From: Antedon mediterranea
Taxonomy: Eukaryota; Animalia; Echinodermata
Direction of reading: 5' to 3'
NCBI RefSeq assembly: GCF_964355755.1
Contig: NC_092670.1
Span: 12,634,795-12,698,794, forward strand
Length of the DNA stretch: 64,000 nt
The notes under the pieces are model-generated. The model was not told where the DNA came from. It did not search any database and worked only from the letters and a program-made list of their open reading frames with translations. This document shows, in pieces, positions 1 through 12,790 of this stretch. The position numbers and the translations under genes are program-made. How positions within the stretch are numbered: position 1 is the first letter of the stretch; each line of letters starts with the position of its first letter.

Positions 1-746
1 ATCACTTTGATTCCCAATACGTTCAACGCAAAATCCTATAGACAGAAAAAGCTTAATATAAAATTTAGTGCTGCATGCACCAGACGTGGAGTTAAAAAAG
101 ATAAAAACGCAAGTTCGCGTCAACTTATTAACAAATACGTCAGAATGTAAACGCGATGCCAAAAAAGACATCAGCAGCAGTGAAGACAGACAACGTAATG
201 CTGTTGGTGTTCTACTTTCTGACGTCAACACATCAATCATTTCAAGTCAACTTTACAGGATACTGTTATACAAATTAAAGTCCATTAGTATTTCAGGTAT
301 GCTAAAGGTGTATCGGAATTGCTCGATTCATTAGGCCTACCTGAACGAATTAACTACTGTGACGTCATTGGTCGAGCAGTTCATATGTCAGAGGTAATGC
401 ATATCCAGGGGCCATTATGATTGACAGTATCATCACGAAGTATTTTTTCAATACGGCATAAGAACAATAATTATCATTCACCATCATCATTATGACTGTC
501 ATTGTTTTAATATTGCAACACTCTGTTTTTAAAACCGGATTATTCTCAAAACTAAATCAACAAGAAGTAAATATATATTTTTGTCCTGAAACCTTGTATT
601 GTATTCCTTTTAGCAAGAAATCGATAGCGTAATTATTGCAAGTGAGCTTAGGCCTAAAAAATAGAATCATGCAATTTTACTATTATTTTTTCTATTAAAT
701 AAAATGTAAAAACAGTAAGCCTAATTTTGTTTTATATTGTATGGTA

Positions 747-803
747 ATTTATTTGTACATTTTTATTTGTACATTTTTATTTGTACATTTTTATTTGTAC
801 ATT
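747..803 (+). repeat. 14-bp tandem repeat (ATTTTTATTTGTAC) x ~4
   Basis: Direct reading. It is followed by a diverged duplication, ~791-925 vs ~950-1070. Confidence 0.8.
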
Positions 804-1689
804 CACGATTCTTTATACAGGTTTCTTTGGGTTTTCCTTTCTTAAAATATCATTTTAAAAAATGTATTAAGCCTGTTGGTGTCTTTGTAGAAAAAAAACC
901 GTGTGCCAACGTGAAGATTCAAAATAACGAATATGATTGTAAATATTTGTATTTGTACATTTACGATTCTCAATAAATCAGGTTCCTTGCTTCAAATATC
1001 ATTTGTTTTTTAAATGCATTAGGTCTATTGATGTCTTTGAGAAAACCGTGTACCACCGTGAAGATTCAAATAAAGATTATTATTGTAAAAAAAATCTAAC
1101 TATTTCTAAAGATAAGAACAAAACATGATTCAATGGCCAAACCAAAAAAAATAGATTAAGAAGTTATATCAAAAAGGTCGAAAAAACATCTTTGTTCGCC
1201 TACAGAGGTTATAAAGCCAGGGGCACTTCCATCAAGACATAACATTTGTAAAATCTGTAGATTTTGAGACACACAATATAATATATAGATAGGCTATAGA
1301 TTCCTATTGTTTGTAACGTAAAACTAGACTTCCGGGGGGCTTGGACATTGTTTGAAGTTCAATTTTTGTTGTTGAACTGTAGTAAGACCTGGTGCCAGTT
1401 TGGTATCAGTCAGTTTGCGATGGTTTAAGATATTTAAGGAGGGGTTTGTTACTTGAGCCACACGTAAACGTTGTAATCGACTGTGGACATAACAAACCCG
1501 ATTGGGAAGGGTCTCGCCCTTTGGAAAAAGCAAAGTGTAAAATTAAGCAAACAACACAATTTAATAGGTATTTCATGGTGTCAATCTAATTTAGTCTTTT
1601 CACACATATTTGCCACTTTACCACGCAATACCTGTTTGTGTTTTTTTTTTGATAGCCTGATTTAGTGATCGATAAATGACCTTTCAGCA

Positions 1690-2150
1690 AATTTACAGAA
1701 TGGAAAAAACTATAGGTTTCATTCCATTAGGAACAGAATTCAATCATGGTGGACCTTGTGATTGGGTTGCTAAAGTCCACTACAAAGTTTTATTTTAGCA
1801 CAACACAAATTATCTCGACAATTACAGAATGGAGAAAATATTGTGCTCTTAAAAAGGTTTATTCGAGGAACAGGATTCAATCCTGAAACTCGGGATTAAA
1901 TTGCTAAACTCCACTACAAAATGTTTATTTCAGCACATACAGTAAAACATGAATTTCAGAATTTATATTGTACTTTTAAACAAAGTTTTATTTCAGGAAC
2001 ATAATTAAATTCTGGACTGGGGATTGGATGGCTAAACTTCACTACAAGATATTCAGTTAATTCAGAACATCACACAGTCATAACTTGTCAATTATAAAAC
2101 TATGATTCTGCTTTAACAGTTTCATTCGAGGCGGACAGAATTGAACACTC
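1690..2150 (+). repeat. Diverged ~130-bp tandem repeat, 3-4 copies
   Basis: Recurrent GGAACA.RATTCAATC and GCTAAA..CCACTACAA blocks near 1777, 1911 and 2039. Confidence 0.65.
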
Positions 2151-3323
2151 CAAAATAATAACATTCCTATTTTGTATCATTTAAACTATTACAAGCTTTA
2201 CACAATGACAAACAAATTCGTGTATCCACATTAAATAACATACAATTGGCCTAATAAGATATCCAAAAATAAGAGGCCCCATTGGGGCTGGGGTAAACAT
2301 GCGGATATCATATTTTACAGTTTTTCAAAGTGTTTCAATTTGGAAAACCCACATGATGTAAGGTAAGGCACGTGGATAAATTAAGAATCGCTATAGGCAG
2401 ACACACAGGGTTTGTTATCCTCATTTCCACTATTGCCAATATTACAGGTTACCGGAAATTATTATGAAACTTTACTGACTTCAATGTAAAGATATGCACT
2501 GTTGTTGCACTCTTTCAGGAGTAAAAAGTAGTTACTCTGCCTGACTTTCACTCTTTAAAAGAGTGGTGTTCAGACACCTCAAACGAAGGCCATACTCTTA
2601 TAACGAATGGAAAATAATAAATGAAGACGATAAAAATATATCAGAAGATGAATCAACACATTCTCTAACTGTACCACCAGTTTGATTAGAGTTAAGTTTT
2701 TTTTAATCTAAAGAGTTGAAATTGTCTGAATGTGGAATCATTTATTATAAATTAATTAGGGCTCTGTGACTAGTCCCAATCAAACTCCTCAAAAGAGTGA
2801 CAATTCACTCTCTAAAATAGTGTATTTTCACTATTTTACTTTCAGAGAGCAATATATCCATCATCATTTATAGTGTTCATCGATTTGTGAACAAATCTCT
2901 TCGTGTCACACTTGTTTCTGGATCGATGAGTGTTCAATAAAAAGCCTGGATCCATAACAATTCCTATAAGAAAATGTAAGAGTAAATCTATTAGCAAACA
3001 TAAACGAAGGAGAAGGTTTTATTTCTTTGGTCCAGAAGAGCTGTCAATTTAAGATATCGTGTTACAGAATCAATATATTAGTTTCATATTTATCACGCAT
3101 TTCATGTATAAGTGTCATGTTTAAATCGAGTCATTATTGTATGTCTCAAGAAAAGCAAACACACCCTTTCGTTCACTTTTATTTACTCACATTCACAAAT
3201 CACAACATCTCTTTGAAAATGTTCATCAGCAAAGTTTGCGTAACACCGTCCCAAATATTATATAGGCCTAACCATGTAAGAGATTAAAATCATTTTTTCC
3301 TCATAATTACTACTGTATCTAAC

Positions 3324-3351
3324 CCTGGACTCAAGAATTCTTTAGTCCATG
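3324..3351. mobile_element. 28-bp near-palindrome with 7-bp TSD; P-like footprint
   Basis: ATCTAAC-CCTGGACTCAAGAATTCTTTAGTCCATG-GTCTAAC (TSD matches 6/7). Confidence 0.6.
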
Positions 3352-3479
3352 GTCTAACTGTATACCAACATTAAAATAATTTGTGTTAACCATTTGTGGC
3401 AATTATTTGGGGCAGTTTATTGCCAAAATGGTAAAGCAAATTTTATATAGTTCTTTTCCAAATAATTCAAAACTAAAAA

Positions 3480-4985
3480 ATAATAGGGGCCGCCATTTTT
3501 ATATAAAATGTGCATAAAATCAGACCTAAATAAGGTAGATACACAATCTTGGTGTCTACTTCAGACACGGAATCCATTAGGCCTTGTTGACACTTCAGTT
3601 TTTGCTGCGTATTGAAATGGCAGCCATTTTTTAAAATGGCTGCCACTTTTATATAAAATGTGCATAAAATCAGATTTAAATAAGGTAGATACACAATCTT
3701 GGTGTCTAAACACATGTACTTCAGACATGAAATCCATTAGGCCTTGTTGACAATTCAGTTTTTGCCTCGTATTGAAATGGCGGCCATTTTGAAAAATGGC
3801 CGCCATTTTTATATAAAATGTGCATAAAATCAGATCTAAGTAAGGTAGATACACAATCTTGGTGTCTAAACACATGTACAAATTACAGATTTTCGATTTC
3901 ATGAACAGATTTGAATTTTGAAAAATGTTAGCTACTGTGCATTTAATCCTAAATAAAATTTAACTTAAAAAATTAATTAATCAAACTATTTAAATTTATT
4001 TATTATAGATTTAATGGATTCCTTGCCTGAAAAAACATGAGTTTAGACACCAAGATCATTTATCTAGCCTAATTAGTTCCGCTTTTAAGCACAAAAGCAA
4101 ACAAAAAAAATTAGGCAGCCATTAAAAAAATTAGCAGCCAGTTAGGCCTAAATACAATTATCTTTTAACCTAGTCATATTTATTATAAATCTAATGGATT
4201 TCTATTTGGACACCAAGATCGTGAATCTACCATATTTAGATTTTAAGCATATTTTATATAAATAGGTCGCCATTTTGAATCCAAGATTGTGTATCTAGGC
4301 CTACCTTATTTAGATCCGATTTTAAGTACATTTATATAAAATTGGTCGCCATTTTAAAAAATGGCATCCATTTCATTATAAAGGGAAAAAGTTTCAACAG
4401 GGCCTAATGGATTCCGTGTCTGAAGTACATGTGTTTAGACACCAAGATTGTGTATCTACCTTATTTAGATCTGATTTTATGTACATTTTATATAAAAGTG
4501 GCGGCCATTTTGAAAAATGTCTGCCATTTCAATACGCGGCAAAAACTGAAGTGTCAACAAGGCCTAATGGATTCCGTGTCTGAAGTACATGTGTTTAGAC
4601 ACCAAGATTGTGTATCTACCTTATTTAGATCTGATTTTATGCACATTTTATATAAAAATGGCGGCCATTTTGAAAAATGGCCGCCATTTCAATACGAGGC
4701 AAAAACTGAAGTGTCAACAAGGCTTAATGGATTCCGTGTCTGAAGTACATGTGTTTAGACACCAAGATTGTGTATCTACCTTATTTAGATCTAATTTTAT
4801 GCACATTTTATATAAAAATGGCGGCCATTTTGAAAAATGGCCGCCATTTCAATATGAGGCAAAAAATTAAGTGTCAACAGGACTTGAGTGATTAAAAGGG
4901 TTTAATTATGATATCTGGCTATGTTGACAGCCTCTAACATTCCACTCCCCCTAACTCATTTTTTTCACATTTTTTGCCTAGACTA
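3480..4985. mobile_element. Fold-back non-autonomous DNA element: two oppositely oriented arrays of a 160-bp unit (possibly Academ-like)
   Basis: GACACCAAGATTGTGTATCTACC at 4438/4598/4758 (period 160), with its reverse complement near 3547/3697/3857. Units carry AAAATGGCGGCCATTTT. Right end is ...GCCTAGACTA. Left terminus not identified, superfamily tentative. Confidence 0.75.
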
Positions 4986-4999
4986 ATACTATACTTACT

Positions 5000-5090
5000 A
5001 TATTTATTTGGAATTACACCTTTAGATCGGTGGCAAATTTAGCACAAAGGTACATCCTTCACAATAACAATATAACATATAACAATTAAT
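5000..5090 (-). repeat. Interspersed repeat fragment, probably a retroposon 3' end; second copy at ~23595-23690
   Basis: Shared TTACACCTTTAGATCGGTG...CATCCTTCA.AATAACAATATAA preceded by a (TTTA)n tract in both copies. Confidence 0.6.
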
Positions 5091-5375
5091 TAATTTACAT
5101 ACAGAAAAGTATAACGGCAATAAACCTTTGTTCATCTCGATCTACAACACGTAAAAGTGTCTTGGCAAATTCGGTGATACTGAGTCACATTCAAGACATA
5201 TGACAATGTGTGACTATCTAATGAAATTAATGGGGCATAACCTTCCTAATCCTACTACGATATGTATTACCATCTATGACTCTCAACAACTCGGAGTTTC
5301 TGATAAAACTTTTACCTATCGATTTTTTTTTTCATGCGGCATCCCAACAGCGAGCACATTAAAGGATGGATGAAC

Positions 5376-5409
5376 CATGGAGGTATAAAAATATTTTTAT
5401 ACCTCCATG
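5376..5409. mobile_element. 34-bp perfect palindrome with 7-bp TSD; P-superfamily excision footprint or minimal element
   Basis: GATGAAC-CATGGAGGTATAAAAAT|ATTTTTATACCTCCATG-GATGAAC. Confidence 0.75.
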
Positions 5410-5494
5410 GATGAACTATGTTCATATTTATAAACTCATTAGAGGCTTAGAGTGGAGTTGAAAGAGTTGTGAGCTATTACAACAGGATCGAATC

Positions 5495-6497
5495 CAGTGG
5501 CCGTATTCACCAATCGCACTTAAGTGAGATATTTCCCTTAAATCCTAAGGATTTCCCTTAAATCAAGAAAATATTAAGGGTTTCACTTAAGTGGTATTCA
5601 CAAAGGGTTTAAGGTTAAGGGAAACCCTTAACTTGGTCTATTTTCCCCTTAACTTTTAAGGGACCTCAGAGGTCCCTTAAAAGTTCCCTTAACTATTCAG
5701 TACCTTGGTTGTGCTGACGATTCTGTATGTGCGAGTACTATGCATGCCTACTTGTAGATGGCCCCAGTCTAGGCTAGGTAGAGATGTTGGTCTGCCCACT
5801 AACCAGCCTAGGATTCATGTTTGGTTTGAGTAGCATCTAGACCTTTTTTTGCTGATCCCCACCCATACAAATTAGTCTATGCCTATATATTGATTTATTT
5901 GTTTTGTTTTGACTGCCATTATCTTTGTGGAAGATGGCTTCCCATTTCGTTGTAATAGAAATTAGCCCCATTCTAGTATGCTAGGTAGAGGTGCTAGGCC
6001 CCCTGTTGGTCTGCCCACTAACCAGCCTAGGATGCATATGCCTCAATACAGACAGGTTTAGGCCTACACAGAATGTTGGTTTGTTAGTAGCATCTAGGCT
6101 AGACCTATTTTTCTTGATCCTCATACAAATTAGTCTAGGTTTAATATTCATTTGTTTTTGTTTTGACTGCCATCGTTTATACATTTTTCTCTTCATCCTC
6201 CCCGTCCCCCCAACCCCTTACCCTTTTTTTAAATATGCAAATTAGTTTTAGAGAGGAAAGTGATTGGACCATAGGGGAATTAAATCCTCTGTGATTGGAC
6301 AATGGGACAACTCATGAATATTTATGATTATTTTTACCCTTAAGTTTTACCCTTACATTAAGTGTTTTCCTTAGGTAAGTGAATCCCTTAACTCATTTGT
6401 GAATACCCCTTAAGTGTTTCCTTTGTTATGGGAATTCTTAAATTTTAAGGGTAAGTATTTCCCTTAGCCTAAGTGAGATTGGTGAATACGGCCACTG
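5495..6497. mobile_element. ~1-kb non-autonomous TIR element, PIF/Harbinger-like
   Basis: 28-bp inverted ends CAGTGGCCGTATTCACCAATC(G/T)CACTTA with 1 mismatch, where the outer CAG/CTG is probably a CWG target. Many CCCTTAA/TTAAGGG subterminal motifs. Internal direct duplication (~5786-5920 vs ~6006-6172). Confidence 0.8.
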
Positions 6498-9400
6498 GGC
6501 ATTTGGGATTTGAATGCAAGCACGTTAACCACCAAGCTACAGCTCCACTATAGTAGACTTAATATAACTTGATAAAATGATAGGCTAAGAAAAAAAAATT
6601 AAAATCGATCCTGTGGTAGATAGAGCTTATACAGTCAGAAGGTTTATTGATTTTTAAACATGACTTAAAACATGACTATTCAACATTGGTCACAACAGTT
6701 ACAAAGAATTGTCAATATAAAGCTACACTAAAGTTAAGAAAGGAGTAGCTATTGATATCAACATGTTAAATTCGATCCCAACCCATGAAAACCGTACAGA
6801 TTATCGGCTTACAAACGGATTATTACAGAAACACGTTTAATACGATTCTTATATGTTGTGGTACAACGGATTAATCAAAGACTTGTTTTCTATCACAGAT
6901 AATGAGTAGTTTGAGAGGTAAACACAGTAATTCTTACATAACAACATGGGTTAAAGCGATTATAAACTATTATTTTTTATAAAAAAACCGTATAAGAATA
7001 ATTACAACTATAGTCGAAATAAATCCGAAGTCTATTTACATCGTCCTATTAACTTTCTCTACAAACTAATCTTTAAGTTCAGAGAGTAACATTTTAGCTG
7101 CTATAACGGTGCTGTGATCAGTAGACAAACTAAACTAATTAAGGCACATGAGTACACACGGCGTTTCATAGACCCAATTTTCTTAGGCCTATTCAATCAG
7201 CTAGGGCCTACTAAATGATTATTTCTCTTTAATGCATTGTGTTCACAATCGAAAAGGATTGAACACATTTATATATTAGCATTTTTTAAACGGTTGTAGT
7301 AATAATCACTATACTTCTAACCTCACATATTTGCAAACTGTTTTCCTTTTTAAAATGTTCAATTATTAATGTATTTTGTGTGGTAACGGTGTGAAATGTC
7401 AGACGTCTGTTTCGTTTTTTGAACCGAATTGTTAGAGTTATAGTCAATCTTAGAGGAGGGTTCCAGCTAACAAGTCAACCTTTACAAACTCGCCACCTTA
7501 CCCTACTCCTGATTTATTATTTACAAATATAAAGCAATATTTTATTATGTTTTCCTGTATTTACTACATTATTGTATCTATTTGCCAAAGAAAATTAAGT
7601 CTAGTTTGCAGATAAATCTATCGACAGTGCAATGTAGCGGAACCATGTGCTCTCCCGCGGATGGTGCTATTTAGAAAAATAACCGTGTCGTGTACATAAC
7701 GTTTGGAGACGTTACAAGTCATTGTCATGGTTCCTGACTTTGCACTTATCACGGAATAGCAAGAACCAATGCCTAAAATGCATCCTCGCGAGACTATAGA
7801 ATACATGAATAGAATAGTATAGACAAAAAGTCCGTTGGTAAATATTATCGTTATACACTCACTAACATACTTTTGAATTTGTCATGAGTGGTTCCGCGTT
7901 AACAAGATAGCACGTGACTATCATTTAGGCCTATGAATATTTGAATTATATAAGATTCTCACTTCAGTCACGGGTTTGATTTGATTGCTTTGTAATTGAC
8001 AAATATCGACAGGAAAACAGGCTTTAGGGGACATAAACTATTTATTAGTGGTCTCACCTTTAAGCTATTTCAACCCTAAGATCTACCACTAAGAGAGAAA
8101 TTGGCCATTTTTAATAATTAATTAGAAGACATGGGGTTTTCCCCTCTCTTAAAATTCAATAGTGACAGTCGTTGACCGAATTGTATTATGTTGCTTGCCT
8201 ATTGTGAGCACATTCTAATAAACTATTTACGATGTGTATACACACAAAATAAAAGCACCAAGGAGGTGTGATTTTATCTGAGAAAGATTGTGATCATAAC
8301 AATTTAGGCAAAGTACGTATGCTGCTCAGACAGGCGTGGTGTTCCCGTCTCCATAGACAATAATAAGTTAATAATGAAATTGTGTATTATGGTTAAACTT
8401 TAAAAACAACTATAAACAGCCTGTATGTTTATCAATTTATCTTAAACCGTAATTCCCTGAAATTACAAATAAAATAGGTCTACCACGCATAATTAAAATG
8501 TGTTTGAAGCGATATTTGGGATAATACCAAATTATTTGAAATTACTAAAAAATGTATATTTCATTTGATTTTATTTGGCAATCTTATACAAACACATAGG
8601 CCTAAACCATTTAGAAGAGAAAATACAAAAATATTATAAAATGAATTTTTAAAAAAAGACATAATCAGAAAAAAAACTTTAGGCCTAAAAACAATTCTAT
8701 TGGTGCATCCTACATTGATAATAATCAGATCTGGGCACTTCTGCATTGAGTCCGAAGGCAAATGACTGAAGTCATTTATGTGGCTTAATACACACTTCGG
8801 ATCCTTTATAAAGTCTATTAATCGATACATTTTAATTGTTACATATTGTGTGTTTAAATAAGGAAAATTCATATCTCAAATGTTGGAAACTGAGGAAGAT
8901 GACATTTGTAGGCCTAAATAATATGCACGTACGTCACAAACAACAAATAAGGGCATATACAATGTAATCAGGCGTATAATATAATACAAAAAGTAATATA
9001 AAAACCTATCACTCCGTGTGGTCCATTTAATTTGGAAGTACAGGTAAGTGATATGAAACCCATACAAGATTTGTGCTAGTGTTTTATTCTGTTAATATAT
9101 CCTATTTATAAAAACAGTGAATATTCATTGTCGTCTGGGCTTAATTAATATCAGTGAACCATGGATTGAAAATTCATAATTTTCTGGGGATTGGACATTA
9201 AACTCATTAATATTTCGACCAGTACGTGCCCGAATGGTCCTAAAGAACCCAACGTAATATAGACCAATCACAAGCGATGGATCGTGACAACTGTCGCTTG
9301 TGATTGGTCAAATTATTTTTGTCGCGCGTGTGTCCTGAAAAATCAACGCTTTCTAAACACTAAAAACAGCTATTTTTGATTGAAATAAAGTACCCCACAT

Positions 9401-11543
9401 TTGATATAAATTCTTAGAACAGGTGGGCATATCATTCATTTATAACGTCATTATTTTAAATAGATTTTAGTTTTATTTCCTGAACTGAAGATAGTTTATA
9501 GTTTATTATTAAAGATGACTTTTATTAAACATTAAAAATGGCCACCAGTGAATGTACCCTTGAGAGACATATTCCAACATTGTCATATTTCAATAATTTT
9601 ACCGAATTTCCGTCAGTTTTATTATAAGGTTGGATACACTGTTAAACTCGTAATAAAAGAACTATAGGTTTTCTTATGCGTTTCAAACCAGTTTTTACGG
9701 AAAAGTTAAAAACAGATCCTAAAATAATTTATCTTTTACATTAAAACGTAAATATATAAGTTAATGTCACAATTAGTTCTAAAGCCAAAAAAAGTATAGG
9801 AGCGATTCTAATCTTGAAAATAACTATATATTATATAAATTCCTCTTTGTGTAAAATGAATTTGGCAAACTTATCTAAAATGTTTATACATTATCTAAGG
9901 CATGGAGCATCCTCAAACCCTAATATCGGTACGACCTGGCCTTTTTTCAAACTCCCTAACAAGAGGCCTTTAAATCGAGTACACAGTTCAGAAGGATATC
10001 CGCCCATGTCTTTCCAATGTTCGTAAAAAAAGCGGCAAAGTCTTTATTGTGAAGAATTCTAATCCGATAAAAGTTTACAATCCATGTCTGACAAAGACCT
10101 GGGATTCAACACTTTTGGCGCAAAAACGAAACACAGACAGACTTCACGTTGGATTAACGTACTTACGATGTTTTAATGACCATTTCAATGATTAGTGACA
10201 CGATTAACAAACGGATCAGTGTACTAACTGTAAATATTAGGTTGATTTAATTAGGACTTTGTATAGGCCTATTCTTATACTTACTGCTATACTCAGAGCT
10301 ATACCTCATAAGAAAATGTCATTAAAAAAAACCTGTTTCTACAGGACAGTTAAAATACTCAAGACAAATTATTGATGATCGAACAACGCAATTCAAAGTG
10401 GGAAATCCACGGAAGTCATTTATAGATCGCCAATCCAGGGCAGCCATTGGTGGATGGCCCAGGGTAGTCATTAGTCGACAATCAGGGTCATTTATTAATA
10501 AATAATTTCCTAATAAGCGTTAACACCGCTGTTTATTATTTTTATTATTTATTTTAATGAAAAGGTTCATCTGGATCTTCTTAGTATTTTCTAAGATTTT
10601 CTTTTTTGATGAAACTATAAGTTTTTATTCAATTGATTTATTTTATTTTACGCATACATAACACACTACGAAATTATTTTCCTATGCAAATAAAATATTT
10701 TTTTTAATTAAAAATTAAACAACTATCGATCACTTCGTTTATTTTAAATTGGTAAAACCGTAAATATCAATTTACATGAGAGATGAGATGAGATGAGATT
10801 TACATACTTTGCACATGCTCAAAAACGTGATAAAAAAAATAAAATGAAAAATGTTTTTCTGTAATCCCGACTAGACGAACGGTTCAACTGGTACTGGTTC
10901 CGCCAGTTTCTAGGAAACTAGAACAAGGTCATGCACCCATCTTTTAACAGTTTGACCTTCCATTTTAATTTAACCTAAACCGTTTATATTGGTTAATATT
11001 ATTCTTGCTCTGACCAATTAGATGATTTATTTCTCCACACCAGTGAAGAGTTGGCATGGCGTTGGATTGTTGTTGTCCTTTCTGTTGATCTTGGAAACAT
11101 GGCAGTTTTCGTGTACTTACATATTTACAATCTCAAGGTCATTATACTGTACATTAAAATTAGTAATATACAAGATCATATAACATTAGTTTGAGTAATA
11201 TAGTACAGGCTAATGTAACCTATCTATTTACATTTTAGAGCCACGTGTATTATTTCAACATAGAAATAAAAATAACATTTCTTTGAAACTTTTTGTATAT
11301 TCCTACAACATAATTTGTTATGTTACCGTATACAACCATTTTTCCTTTATTTTTCTAAAGGAAAAATCCAACTTTCTCTTGTAGGCACTAACACCTTCTC
11401 AGTTCAAGATCCTTAGTAATTATTAACTGCTTGCATGATGATTGCTAAATCAGGGGAAATTGTATTGTATCATAATGAAATAATATCTATAACAAAATAA
11501 TGTGTTTCAATTTCTCCCGAAGTATAGATACGATTTCTTCCTG

Positions 11544-12087
11544 AAGCTTCGTCTACACTTCCAAACTGCATTTGACAAAAAAAATATGATGTGACCCACC
11601 AATGGATACGATGACTTCATATCACTACCATATTTGGGCACATTACACTTTTTTGTCTAACTAGTTTGATAGTGTGGACAGAACGTGATGTGACCCACCA
11701 ATGGATACGATGACTTCATATCACTACCATATTTGGGCACATTACACTTTTTTGTCTAACTAGTTTGATAGTGTGGACAGAACGTGATGTGACCCACCAA
11801 TGAATACGATGACCTCATATCACTACCATATTTGGGCACATTATACTTTTGTTGTCAAACTAGTTTGATAGTGTGGACAGAGCGTGATGTGACCCACCAA
11901 TGAATACGATGACCTCATATCACTACCATATTTGGGCACATTATACTTTTGTTGTCAAACTAGTTTGATAGTGTGGACAGAGCGTGATGTGACCCACCAA
12001 TGAATACGATGACCTCATATCACTACCATATTTGGGCACATTATACTTTTGTTGTCAAACTAGTTTGATAGTGTAGACAGAGCGTAA
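11544..12087. repeat. MITE-derived tandem array: one left end plus five ~100-bp units, each ending in the right TIR
   Basis: Units start at 11586, 11685, 11784, 11884 and 11984. Same family as the MITEs at 37209, 41084, 57227 and 59621. Confidence 0.88.
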
Positions 12088-12513
12088 GCAGATACAATTT
12101 CTCCCCAAGTCCCTCTAAGAAGAACATAAAATACTGATGCATAATATCACGATACAATATCGAACCTTTTCAACGTCTAGTAATCTACTGTCTTTTGAAT
12201 GACAAATCAATAACTTCTGATAATGTTTACTTACATTGAAGGACACACAATCTTTGAATAAAAAGAAAACTACAGACATTTCATTAATGATGTATATTCG
12301 TGGGATAGGTGTAATTAAATTGTATTGATTTTTGTTACAAAACAGTTGATTTTCCCACCCGTCTGATGAACATTATCTCCCTTACATTTATTTGCTATCT
12401 TGTTTACCTTTCTTTAGTTATTTGCGTGTAGGCCTAGGCCAAAATTAGCTTATGATAGTAGAAACAGAATCTAGATTTTAGGCCTAAATAAACATGTATC
12501 GCAACATTATAAA

Positions 12514-12790
12514 TAATGGCAATCATAATATATCATAATCCAACAATCAACACTTATTTTATGGTTGAATAAAACAAATTCAGAGGGAGAAGTTTGGAGA
12601 GAAGCGCGCGGATGATGCAACATTAAAATAATAGTATAAATCAGAGTTAGTATCCACTTTAGTCGACTAATTAATGAACTAACGCTACCAAGTTAATAAT
12701 GGTAATCATAGTATAATCACAATTTGATTATTTTGGTTGAATAAAATAAATCGAGAGGGAGAGTTGGGAGGGAGTCATGTGGAGGATAGC
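12514..12790 (+). repeat. Diverged tandem duplication (~185-bp period)
   Basis: AATGGYAATCATA...TGGTTGAATAAAAYAAAT..AGAGGGAGA occurs twice. Confidence 0.6.

Larger units (their letters stand above)
5325..6550 (-). mobile_element. tRNA-derived SINE interrupted by two later insertions (5376-5409 and ~5498-6494)
   Basis: Flanks align with the uninterrupted copy at 45800-46013 (AGCGAGCA, GAGTGGAGTTGAAA, CAGGATCGAA, GTTAACCACCAAGCTAC). Confidence 0.75.

Noticed and set aside
68-334. 88-aa plus-strand ORF at the window start
   Set aside because: Non-ATG start, no family resemblance and no partner exons identified.
3473-4870. Repeated ORFs MCLDTKIVYLPYLDLILCTFYIK... on both strands
   Set aside because: They are translations of the 160-bp repeat unit, with no domain and no splice structure.
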